A DNA stretch of 63,372 bases, counting the filler, from Folioceros fuciformis (taxonomy: Eukaryota), in the NCBI GenBank assembly GCA_049999805.1. It is 3 parts of 3 records of this genome, joined end to end, with 100 filler letters (N's around TTAATTAATTAA, not from the genome) between each part and the next. Parts side by side here need not be neighbours in the genome. Positions count along the whole stretch, not along the records: positions 1 to 24,495 come from JBNGIO010006272.1; positions 24,596 to 38,231 come from JBNGIO010006273.1; 1 more part is not named here. One strand, given 5' to 3'. Made by a program: the position numbers and the translations under genes. Each line of letters opens with the position of its first letter. The first letter of the stretch is position 1. Below the pieces are notes generated by a model that ran no database searches, was not told the origin of the DNA, and saw nothing but the letters and a program-made list of their open reading frames with translations. Shown here piece after piece: positions 13,701 through 28,059 of the stretch.

Positions 13701-16700
13701 CATGTGTAGAGAGACACTCGGCATAGCTATAGATTAGGTCAACCATAGGTATAACCAAGTTGTTGATGCTTTGAGCGTCAAGTTGCTCTCTAACAAGAAT
13801 CTCCCAAAGCACTTTCACTAGTCCATCCACAACTGCGGAGCCTGCAACCAAGGGAAGTCAAGTCAGAAGCGATGTCCTGTGATAATAGGACCAGCCGCTT
13901 TCAGTTGAGAGGGCTCCAAATAACAAGCTCTGATCACTGTTGACAACCCGTAATAAGACGCTTGCATCCCAGACACCTCTCCATCCATTTTACGTACTTA
14001 CCATGCTGTTCTAGAAAGCTTGCCAGGTTTGCTTGACGATGAAGCGCAATCTTACAAACTGAACTCATTTGCGCAGAAAATTCCTGTACAACCCAAGAGG
14101 TAGTAGACCCTCCAGCAGCGATATTTGATACAAGCAGTGGGCAAGAACGAGCAACTCCAGCCAAACGCATACTGTCCTTCGCCTGCAGGGATGCAGGGAT
14201 ATGCATTAGTATCACCAGCATCCAAAATCTCTGGAAAGTCAAAGCTCACTGGGATGTCTAACCTGATAGTACATGTCTTTTGAAGGATACAGAGCTCGAA
14301 GAACATGCCTTGCTGCAGACTGCAAAAGCGGCTGTCTGTCAGTTTCAAAAATCACTTCCAAGACGGGTATGCACTTCTTCCTACTCAGTGCAACCCTTGC
14401 TTCATCTGTCTCCAGTAGCAACAGCATCCTGAGTGCCAGATAATAGCCATACAACAACCTCAAGCTGTCAGACAGAATATTTTCTGGCAATGATCCACTC
14501 TGCACCACTTTATTTTTCGCCTTCCCAGTTCCAGCGCCAGACAATGAAGCAGCTGTTCCATGCCCTTGAGACTCCATGTCCAGGACAGCATCCAGTTTTT
14601 CTTTCCATCCAAATTCATCTTTGGACCGTCCATAAATCTCGAGATTATCAACCCGTGGCAAAGAAGACCCATTGAACGTATGACCCACTGTAATTGTTAT
14701 TTCCTCATCAGCTAAGAGAGCTTCGGAATTTGTAAATGGTACATCGTACCAGCAGCGCATTCCTTCCTCCAGCCTTATCGTTCGTTGGAAAACACGAACC
14801 TCAGAGGGTATATGGCTGGCTGAGGTGTTTCCAACATGAATTCTACACCCGACCATCACTTGCTCTGGATTAACATTGAGCACCACAATCTGCTCACAAA
14901 CAGGGCATATTGTCAGACAGGATACACGTCACAAGCAAGAGAACCACAGCCACTAGGAAAGCAAACCAGCACCTTCTGCAGACCAGCGAAAAGAGAACAC
15001 AAACAAATATCATCTAAACCCTTGTGTGATGGCATTACCCTGAACCCACTGGCATTTGGACCTTCCAAGTAGCCATCGTCTGATGACAGACTCGACTTTA
15101 TACTTTCAGAATCGGTATTCTTCGCCATATCACCACCAAATTTCACCTCTGGTGTGATGCATGTGGTCTTCTCAAAAAAGTCAAGAGGAAAGACTGGTGC
15201 AGTTCCATTGCTGGCCCGGTTTCCAAGTAGCATTGCACCTAGTTTCTTCACCTGCTCTGCTTCCAGGCTGGAACTATGCCTTTGTGAATCCATGTTCAAG
15301 GAACCGTTGACTGCATCCAAATGGGACGCCAGGTATGCATACACTTGGAGGCTGCCATCATCATGAAGTGTCAAGATTGTGTGTCTGTCCTTTGACAAGG
15401 GCCTGTATGATGCCACACCATCCATCCGTATAGAGGTAGCACTACCAGCTGCGCGAAGATACTGGCAATGAACCTCAGCATTTCCTATGTGAACTGCAAC
15501 AGCTGAATTCGATCTCACACTAGAGAGGGAGACAAAAAGGCCACTTCCATCAAACATTTCCCTCCAATGATGCAGCCCGGCAGGTTTTCTCTTTCCGTCT
15601 GATTCAGCATCAAAAATGCTGGAAACCTGAAGAATTCCTGTCGCATCTTGGTTCATACGGGCAATTAAGGACGTACCATCACTGTATGAAAGGAAAAGGA
15701 CTTTTCTACAGGCATAGTAGCAGATAGACACACCCTTCATAGGTCTATGCATGTCTGGCAGCTGTATGTTTTCTGTCAGGATGCGTGAACCTGAATCAGC
15801 CCCGACACCAACATGCTGGCTGTAGAGGACCCCTTGATGTGAGAGTACCAAAGCGGCCAGCCGGCCCTGCCCAACTGGTATAACAGTTGCATCAGCGATT
15901 GAGTCCTCAATGACAGTGAAATAATGCGAGGGACTGATTTTATCTTGTGACAAGTCATAAATTTTAACAAACTTGTTGGTTACCACCAGCAGCTGAACTT
16001 GTGATCCAGGGACCCAAGCAATACGGCGAATGTGGGCATCCTGCAACGCAAGCTCAAGAGCCAATCGGTCAGTAACCTCACCACGAGGATGCACAGTGAA
16101 GATCTGGCAATCCTCAAAACCTGCAACTGCCAAATAACTCTCATTTGCACTGTTAAAGGCCAGATGCACAATTTCAAATCGAACTGAATTCCTCGAGAGG
16201 GGCTTCACTGTAGTCTTATCCACTGTCACTGGAATTGCGGTTGGCTGGCCTATGAGCTGCCCAACATCAAATATTGTAACCTTATCCCCTTCTCCTGCAG
16301 CAAGTCTACCTCGACTGCTCACACTGAGAAGAGACTTGACAATAGAACCACTAACGAGATGAGACTTCAGCTCCCTTGCATTTGAGTACTCTGCTTTTAT
16401 TTTCATATCCAGCGATCCACTCTTGTAAGCCCTCTTCAGGTGTAGATCAGCAGCAGAAAGAAGGATCTTGGCATCGCCTAGGACTATTTCCTCGTCCTGC
16501 CCTGCTGCCACCTGTAGTCCCAGATTCAAGTCAGTTGACAATCTTTGACACAACAATAGGATACGGGCCTCCACATCTAGATCTGCAAACAGAGCCAACA
16601 TTTTCCTTTCATCTCCTTCCGATATGGATATTCTGAAACTGGAATCGCCCTCTGGCTGGTCCTCCTCATCTGCATCTGAGTCACTATCAGATTGAGGCAG

Positions 16701-19700
16701 ATGGACTTGTGGTGGAGTCAGAGGAATGAAATGCTCCGCAAAATTGCTGGCAGAAGCCGTTGCACCCCCAGAAACAGGAGACACGTATTTTCGTGGCTTA
16801 AGGCAGAGGCAGGTACTACCACGGACACCTCCAGCTCCACAGTCACAAAAAAAGCGACTCAGGCGTGAGTACACCACCTTGTGCCCTCGATGACAAACTT
16901 TGGCGCATACCGAGCAGCAGCCTTTTGAAACAGTTAAATCGCAGGTGTAACAGAAGTACCAGTGTTGCTCCATAAAGTTACTCCCACTTGATGTGAAAGT
17001 GCAAACCCTTGCTGCTAGTGCACGTTCACTAGTGCTGGCATCATCTTCATCATCTCTTTCCAAACTCGCTGGTTCTCCGTCAGATGTACCATCGTCTTCA
17101 TCATCCTCCACAGACGTTCCATCACAATCACCAGAGGCTCCCCCTGGCTCCACAGATGGGCGTAACATGTGCTCACTTTTGCAGAAAATATTCTGTTTCG
17201 CTTTTGCACCTGCTGACCCCAGGCGAGAGAGTTCATGACAGCCATCCAAAATTCTGCTCTGAGATTGTGCCTTGTAAGCACCACATGCAGACAGCACCGA
17301 ATTCAGAAAAGACAGAAGGCTGGCGAACCCTTCCAAATGGCCATTGTTGATGGGTAACTTGCCAAGAAGCTCAACAACATGCCTCACCACCGAGCTCAAC
17401 AGAGGCTCACCCACTGCTAGCTGAACGAGTAGTCCGAAATATGTTCTTGCAGCCAGAGCATCATAAGCAAGAAAAGCTCGTTCCAAGTTCAACAGCATTG
17501 CTCCCACCAGATGGGCCCTTAGGTTATCTTTAAGGTCATTTTCCTTGCCTTCTGATGACAGCAGAGCCTGAGCAAAAGCTGTTGCCAGATCTCTGACAGA
17601 CGAGGGAGCACTTCGAGTTGAAGCACCACCAGCAGATACATCAGAAAACTGACCCAGAAGCCTATGCTCCAACCATCCAGCCAGAGCTGGGGGAGACATG
17701 CTCAGAAACTTCTTCTGCACATCTTGCTTGAAGCCAGATTGCACAACTGGTTCAAGAGAAAGGAGATCAACCAGTAGCTGTAAAACTTTCACATTCACCA
17801 CTTCACTGGTGCAGCCAACCAGCACATCCACAAGCAAGCACAATCCAGCACTCTGACCAGAGCCTTTAGAAGATTCTGATACTACCAGCCCTAGTTGCTT
17901 TCTTGCCCATCTGTCCGATTCCAATCGGGACAAAAGGTGAGCTTGAAGAGCTTCAAACCTGATAGGATCACTCCGAATGCTGTTGATGACTTCAGCTGCC
18001 TGAACTGCAACCGCTTCCTTCACTGCCCCATCTACACTCTTCAGGGAGCATAGTGAAAGCAATACATTATCGACATGTTTCAGCACAGAGATGTCGTTCA
18101 TTCTAGTCAAATCCTCCTTGGAGGGTAGCAATGTACTGAGAAGTAAAGAGCATTTAGAGTGAACATTTTCAAACGTGCTATCAAGCATAACTGTATGCAA
18201 GATGGTCTGCAGATCTCCCAGGTCCGCAATATTCACTACACTTCCTCGAGCTAGAGTCTGGTATTGGATAAGCTCTTGCACTGTGTCTAGAATTGTCTCT
18301 ATCACGAGCATGCATGAGACAATTCCAGCACTACCTGGATTCACAGTTGCAGGGAAACCATGCAGCAGAGCTGGGAGGAATATGTAAGTAGGATCCCTAA
18401 AGTCACCTCTCTCGTGACTGGTCCCAAATAACAGGGCCATGGTCTCAACTAGCCACGTCGAAGATGAACCCCACCTCAGGAGTGATTGCACTGTTGCAGT
18501 ACCAATTCCAGACTTGTCAAGGAGATCCTGCTGCTTGCTCCTGCTCAAGCACCCTTTCAACAACAGGTCGAGGGAGGCAAGGAACTTGTTGCCCGGGTAC
18601 CTGCTGTTGAGCACATGCAAGAGGCAAGTTCGAAGAGCAGTAACATACCAGGCCAGCATGGAAGACAGCTCCTTGATTAACTTCAGGGAGTGGCCATCGT
18701 GAAAAAGAAGCACCACGGATTCTTCAAGGAATTTGCACAACCCACCATAATTGCTATTATCTGCAACATAGCCCCCTCCTTGGGAACCCTTAATAGAAAC
18801 AGCCCACAGTCCAGCCCGTAGAGAGGAAAGCAATAGGTTCAAAGATGCATTTTGCCTCAGGAAATCCCAAGACATGAGATTCTTAGCCCCTCCTTCCTGC
18901 AGCATCACATCTACAACAGACAGTGTATGCATCAAATTTGATACCCACTCCTTGACATCCAAGGTGCACTCCTTCTGGATGCTGCTGTGAAAGCACCTGG
19001 ACAGACTGATGAAGAAATCAGCACCTAAAAGACCACCATTGCTTAACTGAGCTAAGTCCCGGGTCACGACAGGCTTCAAGGCTGGACCGATACTCCGTGC
19101 AATATTCCAGACGAGGAAAAAAATGTATCTTTCAAGAATTAGCTCATCCACTGTGGTAACTGTCTTGCCTCTCCATGTCTCGAGGATGTCACCAAGACAT
19201 TGTGCCAGTTCAGATAGATGTGGGGACAAGGCATGCAGCTCAGGAGAATCCACCAGACCCACTTTTTCCACCATACTGCCAATGTCAAACAGATGCTGAA
19301 TAGAAACTTCATCCAGGTGATGCTCATCCACTCTTTGATCCTTCAGTACTTTCTTTGCAATACGGGCCGACAAGGACAGAGCAGGCCCATCCTCAATAGC
19401 CACATTGACTACTTTCAGAGGTTGGTGCCTCACATTATCCCTCATGTGCAACAATAACCATCTCGGGAAGTTGTTGAAGTAGAGCACCAAGTACCTCATT
19501 GCCAGCAGTAGCCTTGATACAAGCAAAGATGAAGCCGCCAAAGCATTGCCTATGTTATTCTGCTTCTCACAGACATAAAATGATTTCAATGCTGAGAGTA
19601 GGTTACCGAATACACCCATCCGGCCTGGAATGCTGAGTGAATGGAAGCCTGTGAACAGCACCTCCATGTGGATGACAGAGGGTAAGCCTGCAGCAGCTTT

Positions 19701-22484
19701 CCCAATATTCATCTCCAATGCTTTCAAGTTTCGCCCTTTCCATTGAAGGGTGTCAGTGAAATTTTTCCAAATCTCTGAGGTCACTGGGTCATCAGCTGTC
19801 TTGACTGATCGAGTTACTAAGAGGTTGGCCAGGAGTACAAGACTGTCCTCTGATAGTGCACAAGCCATCTCTGCTTCCTTGAACATTTGACGGGCAAGAT
19901 GTAACTCCAAAGTATCGGATAAGGCACCCCTTAATATGAGGGCGTGGAGCAAGTCGAATGAACCCTTATGCAGCTGACGAAGCAGGTCTGAACTTCCTTC
20001 GACATCTCCCATCTCATCAATACTCATCCCTCTATCCATCATAGTGGATTGTGAGAAAAGAACTTGAAGAAAGATGTCAACATGTTCCTTAGTCAACTGC
20101 TTGCAACCAGCAGCAAAAGTCTGTTGATGCCAATCTGGGGAAAATGCACAATCCTTTAAAAAGCTCAGCACTTGAAATGCCGTCTGAAGGGGGGTATTGT
20201 ACAAACCATCTAACTTCTTGGTTGAGGAGCAGCCTTGAGTGTTGCCATCCGAATTAACGGAATTCCTGCCAGATTCAGAAAAAAGGTCCCCAAACAATGC
20301 ATCATCTTCACTTGCTATAGTTACACAATCAATTGCGCCTATAGTCTCCTCCTCACTTTGAACCGACGACGCAATCTCAACCAGTGGCCTGACCTTTAGG
20401 CCTTGAGCATGAAGAAGACTAGTGACTCCAATAAGGTTGTCCAGCCAGCGGACATTGCCAGCGAAAACAACCTCCAAATGCTCCTGCTGACTTCGTTCTT
20501 GGTACAATGCAAAGCTCCGTCCACGAAGCTGTACATTCAGGGATCTGTCCAACCCCCCAGCATCCATTCCACTGATCCCCACATTACCAGCCGCTCTTTT
20601 TCCTCCCGGTGCCTGAAATCTACTGTGTGAATGAGCATGAGTGTCCTGGAACATGCCAAGAAGATGACTGATGACATGTGGAGTGCAGGCCAATGGCAAC
20701 TGCTGGGCAAGAGAAGCTTCATTTCTTGCCTTGGAGAGCTCCAAAGCATCTAACAGGGAGGCCGTGAGATACGTCCTCAGATTGAAAAAAATGGTCTGAT
20801 CTGGCAGAACAACCTCTCCCAACTGAAGCAAGCCCTCCAGGACTGCAGGCAGAGGAAAAGCTTGATCGTTGTCAAGAATATCCTCTGAGTCTGCATTGCT
20901 AACGTCATGAGTAAGCTTCAAAAACGCAGGCACCGTTGCTGCCAGTTCCACCAATTTTGCTGGCACGTCCTTCTCTAGCTTTCCACACCCAGATTCCCGT
21001 GCAACGCTGACCAGCAGCTTGAGAATGCCAGATACCAACGAAGCCTTTCCCTGTGCAAGCCTGTCCTCTTCATCAGAGTCTAGATGCAGGCAAGCATCAA
21101 GCACTGTCTTGCATATGGCTAGCAGACGGGATACACACTGCGTATTCGCCATTGCAAACATTTGTGTTGCAGATAAGATAGTTGTAATAGGCTTCAGAAG
21201 TCCCCCGGAAACGTTACTCCTCGACTCATGGGCAAGAAGTTGCTCACCAGCCAAAAGAGTCAATATACTTGCCGAACTGCCAGCTTCGTTATAATTACAA
21301 GAAGAGCCTACTGTTCAACACCAAGCCACAAATGTTATTGCTCCAAAACATAACGTCTGGAGGGGTGCGATAATGAGGACAGGAAGTTGGCAAATTGTCA
21401 TTGCAGAAAGCAACTTATTGGGTACGGTACNNNNNNNNNNNNNNNNNNNNNNNNNNNNNNNNNNNNNNNNNNNNNNNNNNNNNNNNNNNNNNNNNNNNNN
21501 NNNNNNNNNNNNNNNNNNNNNNNNNNNNNNGTATCACATTCGGCCCCGTCCAAATCCAGCTACGGCAGACACTTAGAGACTCGAAACAACCTGCACAAAC
21601 GTCACTCATGTCTTTAGAACTGTCCTCAGTCAGCACCCTGCGACCTCATGCCAGAAACCCTAACTCTTGCCACCAAAAGACCCTGTCCTGGGCAGTGTGT
21701 TCCAGTGACGGTGGTAAGAATTACTGTAGGTTCAGACGCGACGGTGCTGGAGGGAAGAAAGGTCGTCCATTGGATCTAACAATTAATTTGCGCAAGCAGT
21801 AGGTAGCCAATTCTACCATCCACCCTCAACCTCGCATTCAGTTGCGACGTGCAGGATTGCAGGCGGCATTCAGGAGGAATTGGCAGGAGCTGGGATTAGC
21901 CTACAACGGAAACACGATCGGGCATTCCTTCCGTCCCGGAGACTGTAGCTGGAGTAGGAGCAGAGTGAGATTACCTCCTGGATCGAAGGAGAGACGGTGA
22001 TCGCATGCGGTTGCTGGACATAATGCTCCAAGCCGTGCAAAGAAAGGCGCACCGCCAGAGCATAGACCTGCTGAACAACCTCTTTCTCCCCGGAATCTAC
22101 AGCCACCGAAGCCCACATTTAGCCTGCTGGCGGCAATGGCAGGAGCCCAATTTACGGCCGGAGCGGCCTGGATGCAGCAAAGGAACCAAAAACAGCAGCA
22201 TTGGGAACGACGAATCAATCCTTCCATCCATCCGTAACCCAGGAGCAGGCTCCAGATCCCGAACCTAGAACCAAATCGCAGCACGCAGAGACGAGCGCCT
22301 CGAGAAGCGCCAATACAAAGTCCCACTGCTGCTTGGTCCAGCGCGCCAGGCCCTGGTCTCCCAGGCCGGCGAGCAGAATAGCGGCAAGCTGGCGCAGGCC
22401 GGCCTGGAGCGCGGGGTCTGGGAGGCGCGCCAGCAGGCCCCGGCGCTGCTCCAGGACCTGGGCGAGCTTGTGCAGCGGGTCCAT
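4763..22484 (-). CDS. BIG: Auxin transport protein BIG / UBR4-like E3 ligase (multi-exon, roughly 5000 aa)
   Basis: UBR box [21 protein letters not shown]...CHRGH...FFCDCG (~16800-17005), ZZ finger CCDGC...[15 protein letters not shown] (~13230-13325), Cys-rich CPRC...CSNC...CRQC...CNEC (~10580-10715) and C-terminal CMVCREGY...HFQCH. The putative first exon [11 protein letters not shown]...WTKQQW at 22484 resembles the BIG N-terminus. The 5' model is uncertain because of the N gap at 21431-21530. Confidence 0.96.
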
Positions 22485-23368
22485 GGCATACGGCTTGGGC
22501 TCCCTGCTCGGCACTCTCAGCGGTGCCGCAGCGAGCGGGAAGACGCTACCGTCACGCCATAGCTCACGACTCGCAGTGGGAAGCGTGTGCACATTCCCGG
22601 ATCTCTTGTATTTGCAACGGTCTCACTCTGCACTATCGTCTTCCTTCCAGCACGCCACGCTCGCCCTTCATGCTTCGCGTCTTCCTGCCTCCATCAAGCT
22701 TTGCTTCGCCCAAATAAACAGCGCTACAGCAACCCATCGCCCATCATACTCGATGGACCGGCAGGCACCAGCATTTGGTTAGTAAATCACCTAGTCCTCT
22801 ACTACTGCCTTCAAAACTTGATACATACGTCCATGTTAATTTCTAACAGCACCCACCCAGGGGGGTTTGAGACTTACGTAAGTTCCGTGAACTTTTCTTT
22901 TTTGGCATTTATTTCCCCATCGCGCGCAGATTAGATGCCCACTACGTATATAGAAGTGGCCCGCCAGCCACCTTCTAGACACTTGCGGAGGCTCATGGGA
23001 TCTAGAAGAAGAAAAAGTCTATTCTAGTCTAGACTAACAACGAATTTTGTCGGTGTACACGGACGAGACGAATTTTGTCATGGGACCATATGTGTACTTA
23101 ATAACTGATCATGTTAAACTTATCTACTTGCACTAAGGGCATCTAGGCTTGCCAATGTTTTCTTGAAAGAGATACAAACAACAGATGATAAGAAAGTAGA
23201 CCGACACTAGTTGGACGGGGACTGGGACTGGGACTGGGACTCGGCTTTCAGCAACTCCAGACCAGCGGTCCATCAAAACATGGTACTGTTTGTGGCTGAT
23301 TCTTCGCTGAGGAAGAAAACTGTGAATGTCAACCGTGAGGTCATGAGCATGAGTATTGAGTCCCTCGC

Positions 23369-24495
23369 TCACACAGATTTCTTCTGTGGAACCACTTCCT
23401 GGAAGAAGTCCCCGAAGTAACCATCCGGTTCCACCACAAATTTGGAGATGATGTCTCTGAGTGTAACAACACCTTGCAGCTGATGCTCTTCACCGCTCAC
23501 AACGTAGATGCGATGAATTCTTGCTTCATCCAGCTTGTTGATCACGTCTTTCAGAGTGTCAGTGGCACGACATGTCACGGGTGGTCTACCAAGTGGAGAA
23601 TCCAATCCCTGTTCTTCCAGGTGAGTTCTTGCTGATTCCAGAAAGTTGCCAACAGTGAATCGCCTGTCACAGGTTCGAGCGGATAACTGTCAGTCAAGAG
23701 TAGGTGATGAGGTGGTGCCTAGTTTCCAGAAAGGGAAGGGTGGAGGACCGTACTTGTACTGCCTGAATGCTCTGGGAGATGTGAGAAGAATGAGAATATC
23801 GCGTGTGCTGATGTTTCCCACCACCTTGTTCCCACTTCCGGAAGCGACGACTGGAATGCCACCGAACCCGTGTTCGCTCATCCGCTTGAAGGCATCAAGC
23901 ACCGGGTCGTCCTCCGAGACCTTCGCAACACAGAGCAGATGTTACGTTACTGCTGGATCCGTGTAGGGAGTGGACAGTCTCGACTCCAAGCCACAGCCAC
24001 GTACCTTTACCACGTCCTCGTGCTTCATGGCAGGAAGGCTCAGCTCGTGCAGCTTCCTCTTTCCGACGCTGTCAAACCAAGAGTACCCGCTGCACTGGGA
24101 CAGCATGTGGATGATCCCTATCTGCGAAATCAGCCCCTTGATCTCTCGGTCCCCGGTTTCCACCACAGGAAGGCTCTTCATCCGATACTTCGACAACAGC
24201 AGCAGAACTGTGAGCAGGGAGTCCGCCGGGCGAACGGGCAGGAAGGGAGCCCACCGGAAGGACCCCACTATATCCTTCACCTGCACTGCCGAAAGACGCC
24301 CTCAGCCCTCAAAAGCGCAACACAACACCCACCATGCATCTCTACCTCCGAGTGGGAGTCCCTCCCCCATCACCATCCCCACCTTCGATTCATGATAGAA
24401 CCCAGATTCCGTCAGAGCCTCGAAGAACTCCCCGCCCATGGACGCCGCAGCCTCCGGCCCGGAAGTGCCTGGGCCCGAGATGGACACCCCCAGCC
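23369..24495 (-). CDS. CBS-domain protein, SnRK1/AMPK gamma-subunit-like (5' part lost in gap)
   Basis: Exons >24495-24383, 24280-24005, 23920-23754 and 23663-23369. Motifs GSFRWAPFLPV, LLLLSKYRMKSLPVV, GIPVV...VGNISTRDI and IHRIYVV...GVVTLRDIIS are typical of plant KIN-gamma CBS pairs. Confidence 0.92.
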
Positions 24496-24595
24496 NNNNN
24501 NNNNNNNNNNNNNNNNNNNNNNNNNNNNNNNNNNNNNNNTTAATTAATTAANNNNNNNNNNNNNNNNNNNNNNNNNNNNNNNNNNNNNNNNNNNN
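24496..24595. other. Artificial scaffold linker N44-TTAATTAATTAA-N44
   Basis: TTAATTAATTAA at 24540-24551 (stops in all six frames) centred in Ns; an identical construct occurs at 38232-38331. Confidence 0.95.
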
Positions 24596-27500
24596 CACTT
24601 GCAGTCCTTGAGGCAGGGATGTGCAGACCCAGGCTGGATAGCGTTCTCGGTTCACAGCCCTGCAATTCGTCGCCTTGGAAACCGCTTAGGGACGTCAAGG
24701 TACCCCAACCACCCAACCAGCCTGCAAGAAAGGTTAGGCCCTGTGGATCTAGCCACCTAGATCTCAGCGATTTTGGGAGCCGCCACGTTCCCCTAGTGGC
24801 ATGGGGAATCAAGGTCGAGGTGCATCTGCACACTGGATTAATCCCTCTAACCCAGCAGCCTGCACACAAGGTCAAGGGCACTCTTCACCAAAAAAAACCT
24901 ACCCCCTCAATGACAGGCCTGGCCTCTTATACTCCTTGGCCAAGAACCCCTGTCACTGCCTAACCAGGTCAGCGCGACTCAGACAGAACCCTCCACTCGT
25001 CAAAACCCTAAACCTAACTCCGACCTAATCCTAACCCGACCTAAGAGGGGCTGCCCGCTGCCCCTTGGACTCTGCTGGTTAACCCTTACCGTAATCATCA
25101 GTGCCTCACAACACTTCCTTCTTTCCCATGCATCTCCACAAGTCCTATGATCGCATCTTCAAAATTGACTACTCCTTCTCCCCCAAGCCGTGGGATCCCA
25201 AGCTGGTTCCTCACGACCTTGCCTCCCACAAGCCCTATATAAACTTACAGATATAAGCTGAAACTAGCTCAGGAGCAGGCCTGTCATCCGTGGAGTGTCA
25301 TTCAGAACATCCCCCATTTGTTTCCCCTTAACAGCAAGCTTAAGGGCAAGCTATTATCATGGCAATCCGCTCTACCACCATCGGGCTTTTAGCAGCTCCC
25401 CGGACTTCTTCGTCCTATCAAAGCTCGTAGCAATAGCAGCCCCCCACGCCAGACTCCCCTTGGCTAGTCCCTCCCCTGGAGCCACCTTTTGCGACTCCAC
25501 CTTCACTAACAGTACTTAGCAAGACCAACCTCCAATTCTGGCTTCGGCCGCGAGGATGTGACTGGTTTCATTCAAGAGAGGCCAGCCGACAAGCCTCTAT
25601 CCCTTCTCACTGCCACTTAGCACCTGCGATCCTCCTTGCAGCCCTATCCAACGGGAGTCTCCAATCCCCAAGCAACGAGCCGTCAATCCGGTCCAACAAT
25701 CGAATCGGACGCCTCACTGCTGGCCATCACCACCGCCTACTATCCTGCCACGATCCAGCCAACCTGCTATCCAGGTCTGATTCGATTGCACCAGCTTGAT
25801 GTGTGGCTGCCTGCTGATCTGGCCAACCCCCGCCTTGATTCGCCTCGGAGTCGCCTACAACCGCCTGGCTTTGATCTAGCCAAACTGCCTGCTTGTTTGA
25901 CTCCTTGCAGGATTCTAGTCAGTCAGCTTGCCGCCGGCCAGCGCTAGCCTTTGCCAACCGCCGAATCCAATCTCTCGCTGCCCGCTTAGTTCTGTCCTAC
26001 CTTCAGCCCGCCTGCTTCGCTCCAGCATCATCCACAGCCGACCCGGTGATAGCGCCTACCTGCAGCCTGAATCAGCTTGAGGCCTGCCTGGCCTGGATCC
26101 GCCTACAAGGCCGCCTCCAGCCGGCCAAGCCTCCCTCCGGCCAGCCGCCGCCTCGCCTGAGCCTCACCTACCAGCCAGCACGTCCTGTATCAGCCCGAGG
26201 CTTGCCTGGCTTGGACCCAGTGTTGCCTCTAGCTGCCTGTCTAGCCGGGTCTAGCTGCAGCCTGGCCTCTGCCTGGCTTTCGGATCCGGCCCCGACCATC
26301 GGGATCTAACACCGCTCCCTGGCCTGGATCCGGTGCCACCGCTGGGCTGCTGAGAGCCCGCCGCCGATTGCCCCCGACTCACGCCCTATAGCCTTTTCAG
26401 ATTCACCTACTGGCTAGGCTGCATGTCGCTGTTCGTGTTGCTGGGCCACCTGCAGCTGGTAGGCCGGTCCGAGCTGCCTACCTGCGCCGGACTAGGCTGC
26501 CTGCCTCCAGCCGTCCCCCAGCCAGCTAGCCAAGCAAGCGGCCGCTGCTGGTCTGGCTGTCCACCAGGCTGCTTGCCAGGCCGTCGGCAAGCCGGCCTGC
26601 ACCTCAACAGCCCCCACGGACAGCTCCAACCGCGCAAATCCAGCATCCAGCCAGGATTGGGCGCCACTCCAAATCCACGCCAGCCAGGATTCGGCACCGC
26701 CTCTGGCCTGCCTGCCTGGCCCGCTTGTTGGCTGCTTGGCAAGTAGGATCCGCCTGCCAGACCACCTCCGGCCAGCCCGCCAACTGGCCATGGTCCAGCT
26801 AGTCGGCCTAGCTGCTTGGACCCGCAGGTCCGCCTGCCTACTTCAGCCCCTGCCACTACCAACGGTCCGCCAGGATCCACTCCAACCTCACCTGACCAGC
26901 TCTGGCCAGTCGACCAGCAGGCCGCTACATGCCTCGACTCCACCACCGTCTGCTACAACCTGGAGCGTCCTATCTTCGACCTTGGCAGGCGCCTACCTAG
27001 ACTACCCGACTACCTGCCATGATCCCACTCCGGCCTGCCACCATCCGATCACTACCCACCTGGCCTAGCTCCAACTGCCGCTAGGCCGCCTGCCGACCTC
27101 CCTATGCGGCCCCGGCGGCTTGCCTCCAGCCTTCCGGATCTTTCGGCCACATCGGCTAGCCTAGCAGCCAGGCCGCTCGCCCAAAGGCCACCTGCGCCCC
27201 ACCTGCTAGATGCCTGGCTAGATCCGGCCAACCAACCTTCCCGGTCCAACCTGCCGAACACCATCCAGGCCAGACTTAGATTCGCTGCCAACCAGCCACC
27301 CTCCAGGCCGGCCTGCCCTCCAGGATCTGGCCAGGATCTGGGCCAGGCTGGCTGCCCGGTCGGATCTGCCCTCCGCTAGTCCGCCCACAGCCGCATCCAG
27401 CCGGTCAGCCCAGCTGGTCGCATAGTCGGGCCTCCACTGGCCCAGCCACCCTCCAGGCCGGCCTGCCCTCCCGGATATGGCCAACCACTTGCCATGACCA

Positions 27501-28059
27501 TCCCATCCAGGCAACCAGCTTGCTGACTGGCTAGATTCGGCTGCCTTGCCACCACAACCCAGCCTGCCTGGAGCCGCCCTATGGTCACCAGGCCTATTGA
27601 ATCTTGCCTGAGCTTGCAGCCACCAATCCGTCCGCCCGTCAAGATCCATCCCAGCAGTAGGCCGGCCCGCCTACCGGCCAGGATCCTCAGCCCCGGCCAC
27701 TTGGCCGAAGGCCAGGGCAGGCCTAGGCACCCTACCTCCATGCCTATGCCCAACCGCCTTCTGCACGCTCCCGAGGCTCCAACTCACCCTAACACGCCCG
27801 ACTTAGGGTTCCACACATGCCGGCGTCCCTCTCCACGGGCACACCCTACCCCCTACTTCACATTTTCTACGGCCACGGGTTAGCTGGACGATTGCTGTCT
27901 TTCTAAACTGCACCACCACTATCTCCTGATCATCCTATTTAATCTAGCCTATTCTAACATAGTTTCCTAATTACCTCTCCAAGGAATTCTATCAAAACTC
28001 CAAAAAAAAACAAATACCACCCATTTTCTAAGAGGCCTATCTACCATGTGGTCTCCACA
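24596..28059. mobile_element. Unclassified GC-rich, internally repetitive sequence, probably a TE nested in the Copia element
   Basis: Plus strand is C-rich and low in complexity, with recurring motifs (AGCCACCCTCCAGGCCGGCCTGCCCTCC at 27294 and 27444; GGCCTGGATCCG at 26090 and 26321). Copia homology stops abruptly near 28060, where the minus strand starts TGTGGAGACC. Confidence 0.45.

Noticed and set aside
23217-23238. (GGGACT)n G4-like tract downstream of the CBS gene
   Set aside because: A short microsatellite whose G-rich strand is not the mRNA strand.
24540-24551. TTAATTAATTAA palindrome as a regulatory or recombination site
   Set aside because: Embedded symmetrically in Ns twice; an assembly linker.
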